From assembly GCA_964247055.1 (NCBI GenBank), contig OZ176052.1, positions 3,534,001 to 3,598,000 on the forward strand: 64,000 bases of DNA, read 5' to 3'. The position numbers and the translations under genes were made by a program. The stretch's first letter is position 1. The number at the start of each line of letters is the position of its first letter. The notes below the pieces were generated by a model that saw only the letters and a list, made by a program, of their open reading frames with translations, did not search any database and was not told the DNA's origin. This DNA comes from Paragordius varius. Lineage: Eukaryota > Animalia > Nematomorpha. Shown here piece after piece: positions 10,665 through 26,452 of this stretch.

Positions 10665-13600
10665 ATGCCGTATCTCGGAAAATCTTATTTCCCAAGATTT
10701 GATCCTCTAGATATAGATCAATCGGCTGTTGGTAAAGAGAAACGTCGATTTATTGATTTTGCCAGCAAAATTTTAAAAAAGTATTTAAAATTATTTTAAT
10801 GCTAATAACAAATAGATCACACCAGGAAATTGAATACATCCTAACACACAATATTTGGACTTGTAAAATCTCAGGGACTTTAAATTTGACCTATGAAGAA
10901 GCTCTTACCTCAGAATTAACTTTGTTACGTTCTCTGCCAACCTGTGAAAAAAACATGGAACATTTAATTTTGGAGTTTACCCATTTATGTATAAATATGA
11001 ATTTATAAAGATATAGCTAATTTTCCATTAGATACCTTGACTCACAGAGCTCAACTTTATGTGCATGATAACTTTCAAATTGGCTCCAAAGTCTATTTTA
11101 GTGGTGAAAAGTAAAAATTTAAATTTTTTAATTATAGGACTCCTGGTTATATTGTTAAAATTGACAAGGCTGGAGATGTAAATTTATTTTTTTAATTGTA
11201 GACATATACGGCTAATTTTAATGGAATGGATATTCTCACAAGCAAATCGGATCAAATGTAACACAATAAAATAATTTTTTTTTCTAAAAATGTCAATTTA
11301 ATTTAAATTAAAAATATTTTAATTAAAAGCGAGCAGTTATCTATGTGAAAATTCATCCCAACAAATTTTTTAAGTTTAGATATGGTATCTAATATTTTTA
11401 GCACAAAGCTTAGGATTAATTTGAGAAGATTTCATTTATAAAACGGTCGAATGTATATATATTTTTTCCTTGTATTTTAATATTTTAGCATTTAATTAAG
11501 GGAGTACAGTTTATTTTTAAATTCTTTATATAGAATTTTCAGTAATGTACCATCCAAATCCGCTATTAGACTCATCATTCGAGCCAATACATACAGGTCT
11601 CCCTTTGACCCCAAAGTTTGGATAGTGGAGAAACCACCTTTTGATACCAAAAACGAACGAAATGGACAAATGTTTGTTATTCCAACCGCTGAAAAAGTTT
11701 TTTACCTACATTTAAAATTGTGAAGCTTTTTCACAATGATAATTTTTTCAAATTACATTGCTAAATTAATGTATACTAAACCCCTTGATTGTGCCGTACT
11801 GATGAGTGCTTATAACCACTAAAGTTGTTACTATTGACGAAAAGTTTCACATATGACCTTATATTTTATTTCATTATTTTAAAAAAGAAATTTTGGAAGA
11901 ACGACTCATAAAAAGTAAATTCCAATATTGATTTCCGCAAATCCGTGATTTTTTGACATTTTTTATCAACATAAGATTTATTTTGTATTTTTTTTATACT
12001 TAAAATATTTTATATTATATGTAGTTAAGACTAGAAACCATGGTAAATTTGGGAAGACGTTTCGCCAAACCATTTCGGAATAAGACCGACTCTCAAGAAT
12101 CGACAGGTAAAAATTATTATTTTTTATTTATATACGCATTTCAGTTATTTTTTTTTTACAAAAATTTAATAAAAATTATAAATATAACTGATATAAAAAA
12201 TACACAAGTTATCAAACATATTATTAATTATATTTTTTATCAAAGGATTTACACCCCAAACTCCACCTAATGAACCAGTCCATAGATTAATATACGATCC
12301 AGTAACACGAAAATTTACACGTTATCCTGATAACAATGATTCAAATAACTGTAAGCATTTATTATTAATTTGCTTTCTTTTCTAACGTTTTAAGTTTGTT
12401 AAAATATACACATTGTTTGAATTTATTTTACTAGGTTTGGCTTTTCAACCTTATTGACCACTTAAATATGTACATTCTCTGTAAAACCAAATAATTTAAA
12501 CCACAATCATATATATATATTTTGACCTGTAAATTAATATTATTCTATGAAATATTATAATATGCGTAAATAAATATGACAAACAAATTGGAAATTAATA
12601 AATTTTTAATTTTTTTGTCATTTTTTTCATGCTAAAATATTTCACAAGATGGGAACTGGTTAGTTTTGCAAGCGCAGTCAATATTAATTTATTTAAACGT
12701 GTTTGAATTAATCAAAAGATTGTTTCGTAATTTTAACATATATGATAAAATAATTTAATTATATCAACATAAATAGTATATATATATATATATATTAAAG
12801 TTTGTTTGCTCTTGATTAAATCTTTCCCAATTTTCGCTCTAACAATATACTTTTATGATAATTTCTTTTAGCTGGCACGCACAATGATATTGACTCCCTT
12901 TGCATTGATATTATGGACGATGAAATAAATGATGTAGAACCTACTAATTTTTCTCCTACCATTGTATCTAAAACTCAGAGCATTATTAATAATGCAAAAT
13001 TGAATAATATTAATAATGGAAAAAGTGATAAGGGCGAAAATAGTGACGACGAGTTAAGTATTTTAAAGTGTATTGCAGTAACTCAGAACAAAAAGGGCCT
13101 TAATGAACCCGTTCCCATTAGTTTACCATCATCAACGACAACGATCAATTCTAGTACACAAAAACAATTTGTTACGGGTCTGCTTAGTAATTTACAAAAT
13201 TTATTATCCTTTCAAAAGAGCAAGAATGATGATGGCAATAATATTAATGTTACTACCACAAATGAAAAATTAATTAGTGACATTGCAAAGTTACCTGTAG
13301 ATTCGACAACCACAACTGCTAAACAAAAGCTACAGTTGGATATATTCAAGAATTTGAATGCCCTCCTAAAATCTAAACAATACCAAAAAGCGAATGGTAT
13401 TTTTATTTTCAGTTTAACTTTAATGGATAATTTTAACTTTGCCAGGGAAAAGTATTTTTTTTGATTGACGTATTAATTCGTTCTATTTGTCCTGATTAAA
13501 ATACTTATACGTTAAGAAAAAGTTTAACTTTTTTATAAAGAGCTCAACTCTAAAAGGTAATAGATATTATGAATCCTTTCTTTCTTGTGTAGCTAAAGCG

Positions 13601-16600
13601 AGAATGGTAATTAAATACGGTTTAAATATGGTATTGAGCCTTTTTCAATACTAATAACACTGCTCACCAAGGTTTTGCACCACCCCATTATTTTTGCATT
13701 TTCTGATACCTAATGGCATGGAAAGGCCAAAACAAAAAAGAAAATTGAGGCCACCAATAGGATTTTTCCAAAATATTTTTAAATTTGTATTTAATTCAAA
13801 AATAAAAATCATCCCTCGCGTACATATGTTTAAATATTCAAACAAGCAAGTCGATACAAGTAATATTCCATGCATGGATAACAAATTCTAGGCATTAAAT
13901 AAGATATTAAACAAGCTAAGAGCCAAAGTATTAAAAATTTAAAAGGGGCTTATGTATAGTGTGATAGATATGGGCGGCTGCACAAGCTCTGCATATCCCC
14001 CAAGCGATCCAATCATGCCAGATATGGCAAAGATAACAATAAGTAATCGTAAAGTCCGATAAGAGAGACTTGCAAACAAAATCCAGGCAAATTGACATGT
14101 CAAATTAACCAATTTACAGAATAAAGTTAGATAAATACAATTAAATTGAATATAAATTAGGTAAATACAAATGGTCCAACCCCATAACAGTAAATTCTAC
14201 TAAAAGTGGCTACACAACATCCATCTGAAATTCAAAATACAAAACAACCATTAATTTTAAAAAAATAAGGAATATTTACTAGGTATAAATAAAGGATTTT
14301 TTATAAGAACCAACTCAAGAGAAAAAGTCTAATAAGTACTCGAAAGAACGAAATCTAACAAAAAAATATAGCCTATCTGAAAGCCGAAGGTTTAACCATA
14401 GAATGCCTTTTTTAGTATTTTTTTAAAAAAATTTTATATGTGGTAAAAATTCACTTGAAAAAAAAGACTAAATTTTGACGTTTAAGTCCGTACTATTTTT
14501 TTCTCTCTGATATTTAAATGACATATTTATATTCAAAAGATAGAGTTTAAAACGCTTTATTAAATGATATTAAGTTCATAATATAATAACATTTTATTAT
14601 AAAGTTATATTTAATTTTCTCTCGATTTTCTCTTGTTTTTGAAAAATTGAAAAACCTATAAAATTTCAAAATTCTAATTGGAGGGATCAAAATTTTTTTC
14701 AAATTCGGTTTTAAAACACTGAAATTAGTCATAATTTAAAAAATTTGAGTGGTGGTGCTTAAAAATATCCAAATTTGTCGACTAGTGTAATAAATAGTCT
14801 ATTTAGTAAAAAAGGATTGAATATATGGTTTACTTTTTCTATTTGGCCGCTCTTTACGTCTAAATAGGTGACATATTTTACGCCTTATTCTATACTATCT
14901 AATCTATACCCTATTTAGATACCGCCAAACAACAAATCGTTAAAACTATAATGAAAATTCCTACTCAACTTATTCAAAAGGTTAACGGTAATAATGCAAA
15001 AATTATGAGTAATATATATAAGACTACCCCTGTCGATCTCACGCAACATGACATAAATAACCTTACAAGCAATGGTAAAAAAAGAGTTACATTTCAATTA
15101 CCCACTGAAACAAACAACCAAATTGAAACTATAACCATATCTAATGTCACACCTGATTTATCATCAAGTTAAAAATATCCTTTAATGTCTTTTACACAAA
15201 TTAAAACTTGAGAAAAATGGCAAATTAACATGATTATGACTTTTTTAGATATTTAGTTTTACTATCCATTTTTATTCATATTTTTTTATATAGAAAAAAT
15301 TAAACTAGTTAACAAATAAAATTATATGTTTATTTTGGTTTGTAAATTGTGGTTTTAAAATTACCACAGAAAGATAGTTTGTGGTAAGGTATATACAATA
15401 AACGGTTGTGACTAAAAAACTTAATTTTATTCAAAGTACTTGATATTTAGCATTCATTTATTTATTTAAAAATTAACTTAAGAGAAGTTGTATCATTAAT
15501 TATACAATAATTTTATTTTACAACCGGAATAAAACGTATAGATAAATCATCATCACAAACTCAACGCAAAAAGATCAAACTTGATAAAACAAACGCTAAC
15601 ATTTTTAATCATATGGTGGATGATAACAATTCACAGAAAAATCAAAAAAAGACTGTAAAATCTATTATGGCATCTAAACAGGGGACACTCCAATGGCATA
15701 AAGAGTTAGCTCTGAAAGCCATTCAGAATCAACAAGCGGCTGCGCGGAAAAGTAAAAAGAACAACACTTTTGCTAATGATGCTAAAAAGCCCGAAGGAAA
15801 AAATAGTGATGATATTGACGATGACGAGGACCTAACACTTTCTACGTTATCGCAACGGTTAAAACAAGAAAAACAAGCAATGGTATTTTGAATATTTTTA
15901 ATGTTTTTGTTCCCGTTATTCTATTAATTAATTTAATTGATTAAGTTTTGTTTTTGTATAAAAGGGATTGTCCAACTTTTTTAGAACGCCAAACGGATTA
16001 GTTGGAAAATTTGATATTAATTACAAGTAATGTCGCATAAAATTAATGATTAAACATAAGTTATTTTATGAAATACAAGTGTCATAAAGATAATCAATAT
16101 TTTTATCTTCCAATAACAATTTGGTCTTTACAATATGCATTTCAATACTTATTTCACACTATAGTAGGGCACTATGTAACACAGTAGTCTATGGAAAAAC
16201 AACAAAATGTTGAATAACAATTATTCCCTTTCCTTTTCCATATATTCTTGTTTTTCAAATTGCCTTACTATAGTCTGAAATAAGGAACCAGTAAAATGTA
16301 TACTGTAATTTTTTCTCATAAAATTTATTTATTTTTTTAGGAGCAGGACGAAACATCAAAGGAAACAAAAAAGATGATGGATTTGAACAAAGAAGTTGTC
16401 AATTATTACAATAAAAAGTAAATTTGTTTTTAATATTATTATTAACCATAGCGCGTTAATATTTTTAGGGTATTTTTTAACCGTGCAAAAATGATGACCG
16501 CTTTTAAATGAAATCATTAACGGTTATAAACAATTAATTAATTAATGATAAACAAATTGACCAATTATTTTGCTTTAATAAACTAAATAATCAAAATAAA

Positions 16601-19600
16601 ATAAAAATACTTTTCAACTTAAAATTAATGAATTTACTCACAACCAATATCCGGCCTTATGTCTAAATAAAATATTAATTTGCTTTTTAACAATATGACA
16701 ATTATATAAAATTTAATGATCTCGAAATATTTAATTTTAACATGCGAAATTCATAATTGATCAGACCCAATCTTATTTACTTTTTAATTTTATTGAACAT
16801 TTTATTTTATATCTATAGATTCAAAGAATATCACGATGCCCTGAAAGCCGTTCAATCAAAAGCAACAGTGACTCAGCACATTAATAATAATGATATAATT
16901 GGTGTAGATGAATCTAATAAAGATAATTCAAATATTGATAATAATACCCAAAATAACCAATTCATAGTTTCACGGACTATGAAAGCCCTGACATCTTTAA
17001 TACTTAAAGCGGCACGATCTTTGACAAAATCTCAAAGAGAGCTGTTAAATGAACCATTTAGATCAGACGTTGAACGCAAAAGTGAAGCGCTGAGAGAAAT
17101 TGAAAAATTGTAAGCTATTTTTCGCAAAAAATCTTGTATATGAGGCGTGTAAACTATGTAAAATTAATATTTTTTATTATTTAGAGTGCAATAAAATTTA
17201 GTTCTAACCACATATTGTTTGATGTCAATTTTTTAGGGATGCAGTCTATGTGAATGTTAATAATGAAGTTAAGGGACCACTAACTATACATTTTACAACG
17301 CCTTGTTTAACATTTAATATACGGCTATATAAAAAATGCCATTATTTAACTTATTAATTTGTGACTATCTATACTAAAATTTTGCTTAAATTATTTTTCG
17401 GCAAATTTTTTCTTATCGTTCTTAAAATATTCATATATGCACGAACGAAATAATATATTTATTTTAATAAAATTAATCCTTTTTTAATTATTCATTCATT
17501 AATTTTTTGCCATTTTATTTGACAGAAAATCAATGACAGCGGAAGAAAAGGAAAAATATTTGAAGGATCAACAAAAGGCAAAGCGTGATATAATTATTGA
17601 AATGCATAAGGTAACTTTTTTCTAACAAATATTTTCGAACGAAAGCTTGTTTTATTATTAAAAATGGTTTTTCCATTAGATAATATATTAAAGTTTTGAT
17701 TTCCAAGAAACTATCGCTATTAAAATAATATAATGGATCTATTAATAGAGATTAGACTTTTGACAAATTTGATTATGTATTTATGTCATTGTATAATATA
17801 ATTACATTTCATCGATTGAAATATATATTGGTAAAAAGCACAGTAGAATTTTTAAAGATTACTCGTATAATAAATATGCAATATAAAATGTTAAACAATG
17901 TCATTTTTTATATTAAGCATAGTTATTTATTTTTTCTAAATTGCTAACATAATTGTTAAATATGGATACGGGTCATTGATAAACCCTAATCATACAGATT
18001 ATATGCGAAAAAGATATGTATAAATCTTTTGCGTTTTGAATTTTATTTAAAAAAAATCGGTGATATAATTTTGGCCAATAAAATATCATAATTTCTTTTA
18101 AATAAAAATTTTACACATAACCAAATATCGATAAATTAACTTCTGTATATATTTACAGAAATATGAAGAAGCCACCTTAAATTTACCTATATTATTACCT
18201 ACTCTTTCTTTGTGTTGGCCTGAAAGTTTGAATGTTTTATTATTATTACCACCATCTCTTGAAACAAATCTCACTCATATTCAATCTATGCAAAATTTTA
18301 CCACACTTCCGTCCTCTACTACACATAACTATACTCATAATTTAAATACTAAAAATGCATGTGGGCCTTTAAATTTAACCTCAATCCTTAATAATTTGCT
18401 GGGAATTCTTAATTTTATAAACACTTTCCGCATCGATCTCATTGAATATGTCAATAGCTATGATGCTTACCATAGAGATATGGGTGATGATATAACTACT
18501 ACTGCCAACAACATTGCTAAAAAATCGAATACACCTCAAAAAGGTACGTGTTTTTTTTGCTTAAAAGTTAGGAGTTAATATCAAATATAGATGTATAGAA
18601 TACCAAAAAAATGATTTAATAGTTTATAAAGGGTTAAAGTTTTTTTAAAAATTTGATTTAATTGTTTATAAGATGTATTAAAATATATTAATTCTTTCAT
18701 AATTACTGCTTACATTTAAAATATTTGATAAGTAATTGGTTACCAATTCACACTAATAGGGCAATAATTGCTTGGATAACCTTGTTTACGTTAAATTTAT
18801 ACTTATGAGTCATATTAAAAAGTTTTCTGCCTGAATGCAATAATTTATGATTAAAAATCAATTATTTTAGAATTATATAACTTTCCTCCGCCCATACCCA
18901 TGACGTTAACCGAATTTTGCGATGGTCTTTTTACCATCTCCAATCAACATTATACATTTCAACTTGTACAAACACCCCAATCAGAAGCTAAAAAATTAGC
19001 AATTGAAAAAAATTTAACTGATGAAAAAAATAAAGAGTTGCAGTCTTTAACTTCCCCCGAACAACCAACAAAAGATTACTATAAAGAAAATAATACACTT
19101 CAAGAAACTTGCATAACTAATAACTCCGAAAAAACTGATGAAATCTATAATCAAACTAATGTAGATACAGAAAATATTAAAAAACCAATGGAATCGAAAT
19201 CTCCGCTGTGTGTGCAAACGATTGAATCACCCCTCATACGTGATGTTTCTAACGCTATAAATACTGCCACAACTATTATTAATAATAACAAACATAATCC
19301 CGAAATAGTTGAAAACTCAATTATTTTTCCACCTAAAATTCCATCTAAATCTCCGTTAGTTATGCAACCAATCAGTAATGCATTAAGCGCTTTAACCAAT
19401 CTTCCCAACGAAACTACCCTAGATAATGGTATTGATAATAACGAAAAATCTGAAGACCTAGTACATCGTAATGAAATGGATAGGAATGTGGAATCTTATA
19501 GAGATATGGATCCTAGCGCACCACCCCTCATAAGGTATCACACAAATGCATATCATGAAATGTGGCTTGAAATGGTCAGTTACCTATTGTACCAAGAAGT

Positions 19601-22600
19601 TTTTCAGGTTATTATTTATTTGCTTGCCTTTTAGACCAAATAGATGGTTTAGTTTATTTATTTAATTATTAAAATAATGTTAAAAAATTGCACCACCCCA
19701 AAGAAAATGGTGATTTTATTATAATTTTATTTAATTGTATTATATTACAGTAAAAATTGTAATAATACGGTCAAAACCCGAAAATATAAAGACAAATATT
19801 TTTTTTTCAAAAAGACAACCATACTTTTTTAATCTTGATTTTTTTGAATATAACTCATTGTTTTAAACTACAAATTATAATATAGAAATGTAAATTGGTA
19901 ACACAAACAATTGTGTGACGATTGTAATAAAATGTTTTTTATAGGATAATATAAGGTTTAAAAAAGTGTGGTTGTCTTTTGTAAAAAAAATTTGTCTTGA
20001 TATTTTTACATTTTGTCCATATAATTTCAACTTTCACTGTAAGACTAAGTTTTGACCAGTTTTATAGTATATCGGACACAAATTATATTTTTTTACCCAT
20101 TACAATTATTATAATATTTTTTCATACAGGATATTTACATATTTGGCCTTCCTATCCGTGCTTTTAGTCTTAATTTGGGTACATTGGGCGAAATATTGCG
20201 CTTAAGTTTCAATCATTTAACTACCCTGGATCAAACATCGTCAAAAACGACGGAGGTAAAAATATTCATACATAATTTTTTTATGTAATATTAATTTAAA
20301 AAAGGATAAAGTTTATAAGGGTTTTTTGATAATATAAAACAATATTTACCTTATTATTTTCTGTTTTTTTTAAAATAAAGTTTGTTCGTTTATTTGGAGA
20401 AATTTCGCACCCACCTATTATTTCTTTAATATTTTATTTTTAGTTATTTTATTTACACTATATAAAATAATAACGATATATTTAAATTAAAAAAAATAAA
20501 ATTGAAAATATTTTTTTTATAAAAAAATCAATAAAAAGAAAGTTTCGTATAATCAAATTCACAATAAAATTAATTTGGTTATTGGAATCAAAACCGACCT
20601 TAAGCATCCTTCAATTTTTTATTTGACCATATATTGTACGAGACTTAGTAACATAATAAAACATACACTTATTGCAAAACATTTGCTTAGCTTGTGTGTA
20701 AAAAACTACATTTATGTCTATTCCCACAGAACTCTAGTAGCAGCGATCTAAAGATAAATGAAAATGCACCATTTGTTACACGGGTGAAGGAGCTTGCTTT
20801 CCGTCTATCTCTGCGCGATTTGGATAAATTGGAACCGATCGAGAAATATAACATCCTACAAACCGTATATGAATGTGTATGCTTTAATCTACCCTTTGAA
20901 AATTTCCTAGCAAAACGGTGGCAACACATTATGAATTTGCGGAAGAGACAGCAAGAGTTATTTGCAGAGCTCAAACAATACGAACCTCCTATAGTTAATA
21001 AAGACGACGCTGAGGTTGGAAACATAAAAGAAAAAAATGAGGAAATTGACATGGAAACAAATGGTGATATATATGAGTTATTTTTTATAAACTCATTTCT
21101 AAAATGATAATAATCTTACAGATTTTGTGTATAACTTATATATGGAGCCGTATTTTTTCTTTCTAAATTGACGATCCTATCTCATTTTTTTCATTTGAAT
21201 GAAGAGTCGTATAAACGCACCTTATTAAATAGGTTTATATACTAAAATAATTTGTCAACCTTAGATTTAGTTACGATCGTCAAACGAAAACGGGAAAATG
21301 TTGAAAGTCCACAAGCCACCAAATTGCCTGAAAAGACTAAAAAATGGCGGGAACAACAGTTGAGAACTGAAATGGATCAAATCAAATCTAAATTAGCTGT
21401 ATACATTATCAATAATTATTTTTTTGGTGCTTTATTTTTAAGCAATTTTATTGTTGAAATTAAGGTTTTTTTTATTTATACCATATTCGGAAAAATGGTC
21501 GGTCCAAAGAATTTTTTGCCAAATATTTTTAGTATTTGAACCCTAATTACTTAATAATAAATGAAACTAAACTTAATATTATGTTTTTATTTTTGTGCAG
21601 AAAGCATATCATGATTATAAATGTGCTATTCGTTTACGTCCTATTGGAACCGATCGACATAATAGGCGATATTGGAAATTTCCTTATCAAAACGATGCCC
21701 TATATATTGAAGAAAATTGGGAACAGGATGAAAACATAAATCAATCCGACCCGTTTTTAAAGTTTATAATTATTAATAACAAAGAAATCATAAACTTTAA
21801 CACTCTTTTATTAATCATAAATAGGGTAAAAAATATGATTATAAAGAGAAAATAAAACTTATATTTTTATACATATACCTTATTTTTATCAATTGGGTTG
21901 CTTAATAATGAAAAGAAATATAAATTAATAACATCCAATTTTATATTTCACAATCATAATCATGTAGGTTTTATAATAAATTGAGAAGGTTCAAAAAATA
22001 TGGTTACTTTATGAAATAATAATAAGCCTCTCTTTTTATTTCGTCCTCACAATTTTATTTTCTACCGTAAAACTAATACAATTTTATGGGTTAATTTAAC
22101 TATATAAGCTTCACATATTATAAATATCGAGTATTAATGTATTTTATTACTTAACGTTAATTGTTACGAGCTTTTTTATGATAAAATATCTTATATATGT
22201 TATATATAGTACCATAAAACCAACTGCAAATAAATGGTATTGGATTCGTGATTTAGACACATTGGATCAATTGATAGCCAATTTAAGTGATCGGGGTGTA
22301 CATGAATCCGTGCTAAAAAGTCAGCTTAAATTGGCTTATGCAGAATTTCAAAAACATTTTAACAGGACAGAAAAAATAATTGTTTCTTCATCAAATGTTA
22401 AATTGAAAAAAAATGCGTCGGAAAATTCAATCATAGATCTCCAAACTAAATATTCATCGCCGACACTTAAAACCACAACCCCTATCATAACTTTGGATGA
22501 TGAGATCATGACACCTGAAAAGGGTGAAAATGTGAATGAAAATACTTTACAAGCTGTAAAACATGACCAAGAAAAAAATGGTACAATTTTGTCCAAAACT

Positions 22601-25600
22601 CATGCCATTTATGATAATATGGCTTTTGCTTTTCTGATCCAAGAATTTAAAGGGGTAACATTATACAAATTCTTTTGTACGGTTTTTAGCTCTTTTGAAA
22701 TACTATTCATGTGACATTTTATCTGTTTCAAAAACTATATAATTGTATTGAAAAACAACAGAATATTTTAATTAGAAGATATTGACCCATGTTCGGGTAA
22801 GTATTACTTACGTCCTTATGCTTATGCTTAAATCCTTATGCTTACATTTTTGAATAAATAATTTACATTCATCATAAGTCTGCTTCTAGTAGACTTATTA
22901 AAATTTCAAAGTGGCATAACTTTAAAAATATTGCGAATTTTTGAATTCTATTGGTATAAACTAAAGTATATTTAACAAATAATATATAGGTTTGAGTAAT
23001 GTCGATTCAATCTTACGACACCAAAAGGGGTTTACATAACCCCTGTTAAAAATATATTCTTAAAAAATCCAAAGTTTTCTAGGAGAAATGTACACATTTT
23101 ATCGAATTATATTTTTTAGATTTATTTGAGTCATGGAAATCGAAATATTTGTATATTTTGTGAAATAAAAAAATCTACCCAGTTTTTAAATTCTTTAAAT
23201 TGGAGGATAGAAAATGATGTATATATAACAAATTATTTAAAGGTTTTAAATAGGAATAATCTCATACACATCTTAGTGAACTAAGCTTCTTTAAAAAATA
23301 TATTTGGAACACACATTTAAAATATAAATTTTTTTAGTAGGTATGCAATTGATTTAACTAATATCTTAGATTTATTTGCTGTCAGGGAAATGCGATGGTC
23401 TGTATAATATTTTGATTAAGCGTAATATTTATGGTTCATTCCTTAAATGTCCGCCAATTTTCACCCTTCATTTTGAAAACGCCATTTTTTATTACATCCT
23501 GATTTCCATCCAAACATGCAAAACGAGAGAGCCAGAGATTTGTTAATAAACGTTTTAGAAAAGTTTGAAGAATTTATATTTCATAGATACCCTATATTGT
23601 ATTCCAAAAGAAAACAATCCCATCCGAGTTAAAGAAAATTGGGATAAGCTTTATTTAGAAGTGAAAAAAGAATTGGATTATGACATATCACTAAACCAAA
23701 TTATCAAAATGTATAATAATATCAAGTCACTTTAAAGAAGAAATCAGGATAATTCAATGAAACAGACACAAATTCCCCTAAGTTTTTTGCATATGAAAAT
23801 AATTAATCTCGCTGCTAAGAGAGATTCCAAAAACCAAAGAAGCTGTCAATGCAACAAATCGCTCAAATTTTGTAACAATTAGGTTTCTACAAATAATGAG
23901 ATTTTTAAACTTTTAATTTTAAGTGATACCACAATTAATCTCATATTAGCGAATCAATCGGTCGCAAGTGCTACAAATAATTTTCAGTAATCTTTATTTA
24001 ATTAATCCGTAGATTATAATCAAAAAGGATAATAGCCAGGCGCTTATTCTAGTAGCGAGTATAATTTTTTTCATAAACTAAGAGCTTCGGACTATTAAGA
24101 TTTCCTGTTTTATGAGAGTTTTGAATTATCTTCTTTAGGGTGTACTTGATATTATTATACATTTTGATAATTTGGTTTAGTGATATGTCATAATCCAATT
24201 CTTTTTTCACTTTCTAATAAAGCCTATCCCAATTTTCTTTAACTCGGATGGGATTGTTTTCTTTTTGGAATACAATATAGGGTATCTATGAAATATAAAT
24301 TCTTCAAACTTTTCTAAAACGTTTATTAACAAATCTCTGGCTCTCTCGTTTTGCATGTTTGGATGGAAATCAGGATGTAATAAAAAATGGCGTTTTCAAA
24401 ATGAAGGGTGAAAATTGGCGGACATTTAAGGAATGAACCATAAATATTACGCTTAATCAAAATATTATACAGACCATCGCATTTCCCTGACAGCAAATAA
24501 ACCTCAGATATTAGTTAAATCAATTGCATACCTACAAAAAAAATTTATATTTTAAATGTGTGTTCCAAATATATTTTTTAAAGAAGCTTAGTTCACTTAG
24601 ATGTGTATGAGATTATTCCTATTTCTAAAACCTTTAAATAATTTGTTATATATACATCATTTTCTATCCTCCAGTTTAAAGAATTTAAAAACTTGGTAGA
24701 TTTTTTTATTTCACAAAGTATGCAAATATTTCGATTTCCATGACTCAAAAAAATTTAAAAAATTAGTTCAATAAAATGTGTACATATTTCTTCTAGAAAA
24801 CTTTGGATTTTGCATGCATGTTTTAAGATTTATCCATTTTTAACAGGGGTTATGTAAACCTCTTTTAGTGTCGTAAGATTGAAGCAACATTACTCAAACC
24901 TATATATTATTTGTTAAATATACGTTAGTTTATATCCTCCAATTTACAGAATTCGAAAATTCACAATATTATTAAAGTTATGCCACTTAAAATACATAAG
25001 TCTACTAGGAGCAGACTTATGATGAATGAATGATATTTATTCAAAATATGTAAGCATAAGGACGTAAGCATAAGGATTTAAGCATAATAAGTAATACTCA
25101 CCCGAACATGGGTCATTGACTTTTTATGCGTTTCTAAGTTTTCAACAAAATGAACACTAACGCATATAAATATATAAGTGTAAATTAAATTTAATTTATT
25201 CACCTTATTATTTGACACCCCGCTATACATAACCTTCAAATTTTATGTTAGGAAATGTTGGATCTTGAAGAGAGATTAGCCAAAGGTGGTTTGGGAGGTG
25301 TCGAAAATTTGAAAGATTTTGAGGACAAATTGAATCTTACCATTGAAATATCCAAATTAGTATAATATTTTTTTTCTTATATATATTAAATTTCCATTTA
25401 ATAATACTATATATTTTTTTATATTAGGGTGAATGTTTATACCAAATCTATGAAACGATATATCCCAAATTTTTAAAAAATAAATTTGCAGCTGCGCCAA
25501 AAGTTATGGAAAAAAGTAATTGAATCTTTTTTGTTTCGTACAAATATACGTTAAATTTTAACTAAAAATGAAAATGCAGAGGGTATTTTACCTTTAAGGG

Positions 25601-26416
25601 AGTTTTTTTAATAATGTAAAAATAAAAGTTTATAGTTATAATGAAAACAATTAAATGTAAAATCAAGGTTGTGTTTTTATTTTAAACTAGTTTTAATCAA
25701 CTTTAAGAAAATATTTCCATTGTGGTATATTATAAGGTGCCCTTTCTTATGCGACTAAATCCGATTGGATACGTATGGTGAAAAATCCTAGCACTCTTTC
25801 TCAATTGTGGGTCATGATGGAAGTCCTTGATTTGAGTATATGTTGGGAACGTTCGGCAGAAAAAGCAGTAATTGCTAAATAAAAAAATTTAAAGTTGACA
25901 AATATTATTGTATTGAAATAAGTTATTTGGGGTCAAAGAGTCTTAACTATAAAAATTCAAATTATAAAGGAAACTATTTTAAAAAGGCAACCATACTTAT
26001 TTCACCTTGATTTTTTTATAACCCGTTTTGGGTTGCGAAATAAGGAGAAGGGAAATAGGTATATACACTTAAAATTAGAAGACTATTTTTTCGAAAATAA
26101 TATTTTCCTTTTAATTTTTACGTTTTGTCATTCTAATTTTAGCGTCTACTGTAATATATTTATTAATACTAGAATATTAATTCCACTAAAAAATTTGTTT
26201 TTAAAATTTTCTCAGAATTGTAAGGTTTGTCGACGCAAAGAAACGGCCAATAGACCACTCATCATATGTGATAATTGCGATAAAGCTTTTCATTTGGATT
26301 GCCTTAAACCGGCCCTCAAACATATCCCTGAAGGTGAATGGTTATGTCCATTTTGTCGGGTATATTTTACACTATTTTATACCCTTATACAATAATGCAA
26401 AAGGGTTATTTAATGA

Positions 26417-26452
<36 letters not shown>

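Noticed and set aside
13500-14420. Possible retroelement or gene remnant in a BAZ1 intron (ORFs 13651-13884 and 13694-13891)
   Set aside because: Only vague LINE-like fragments with many stops are present, so it cannot be classified.
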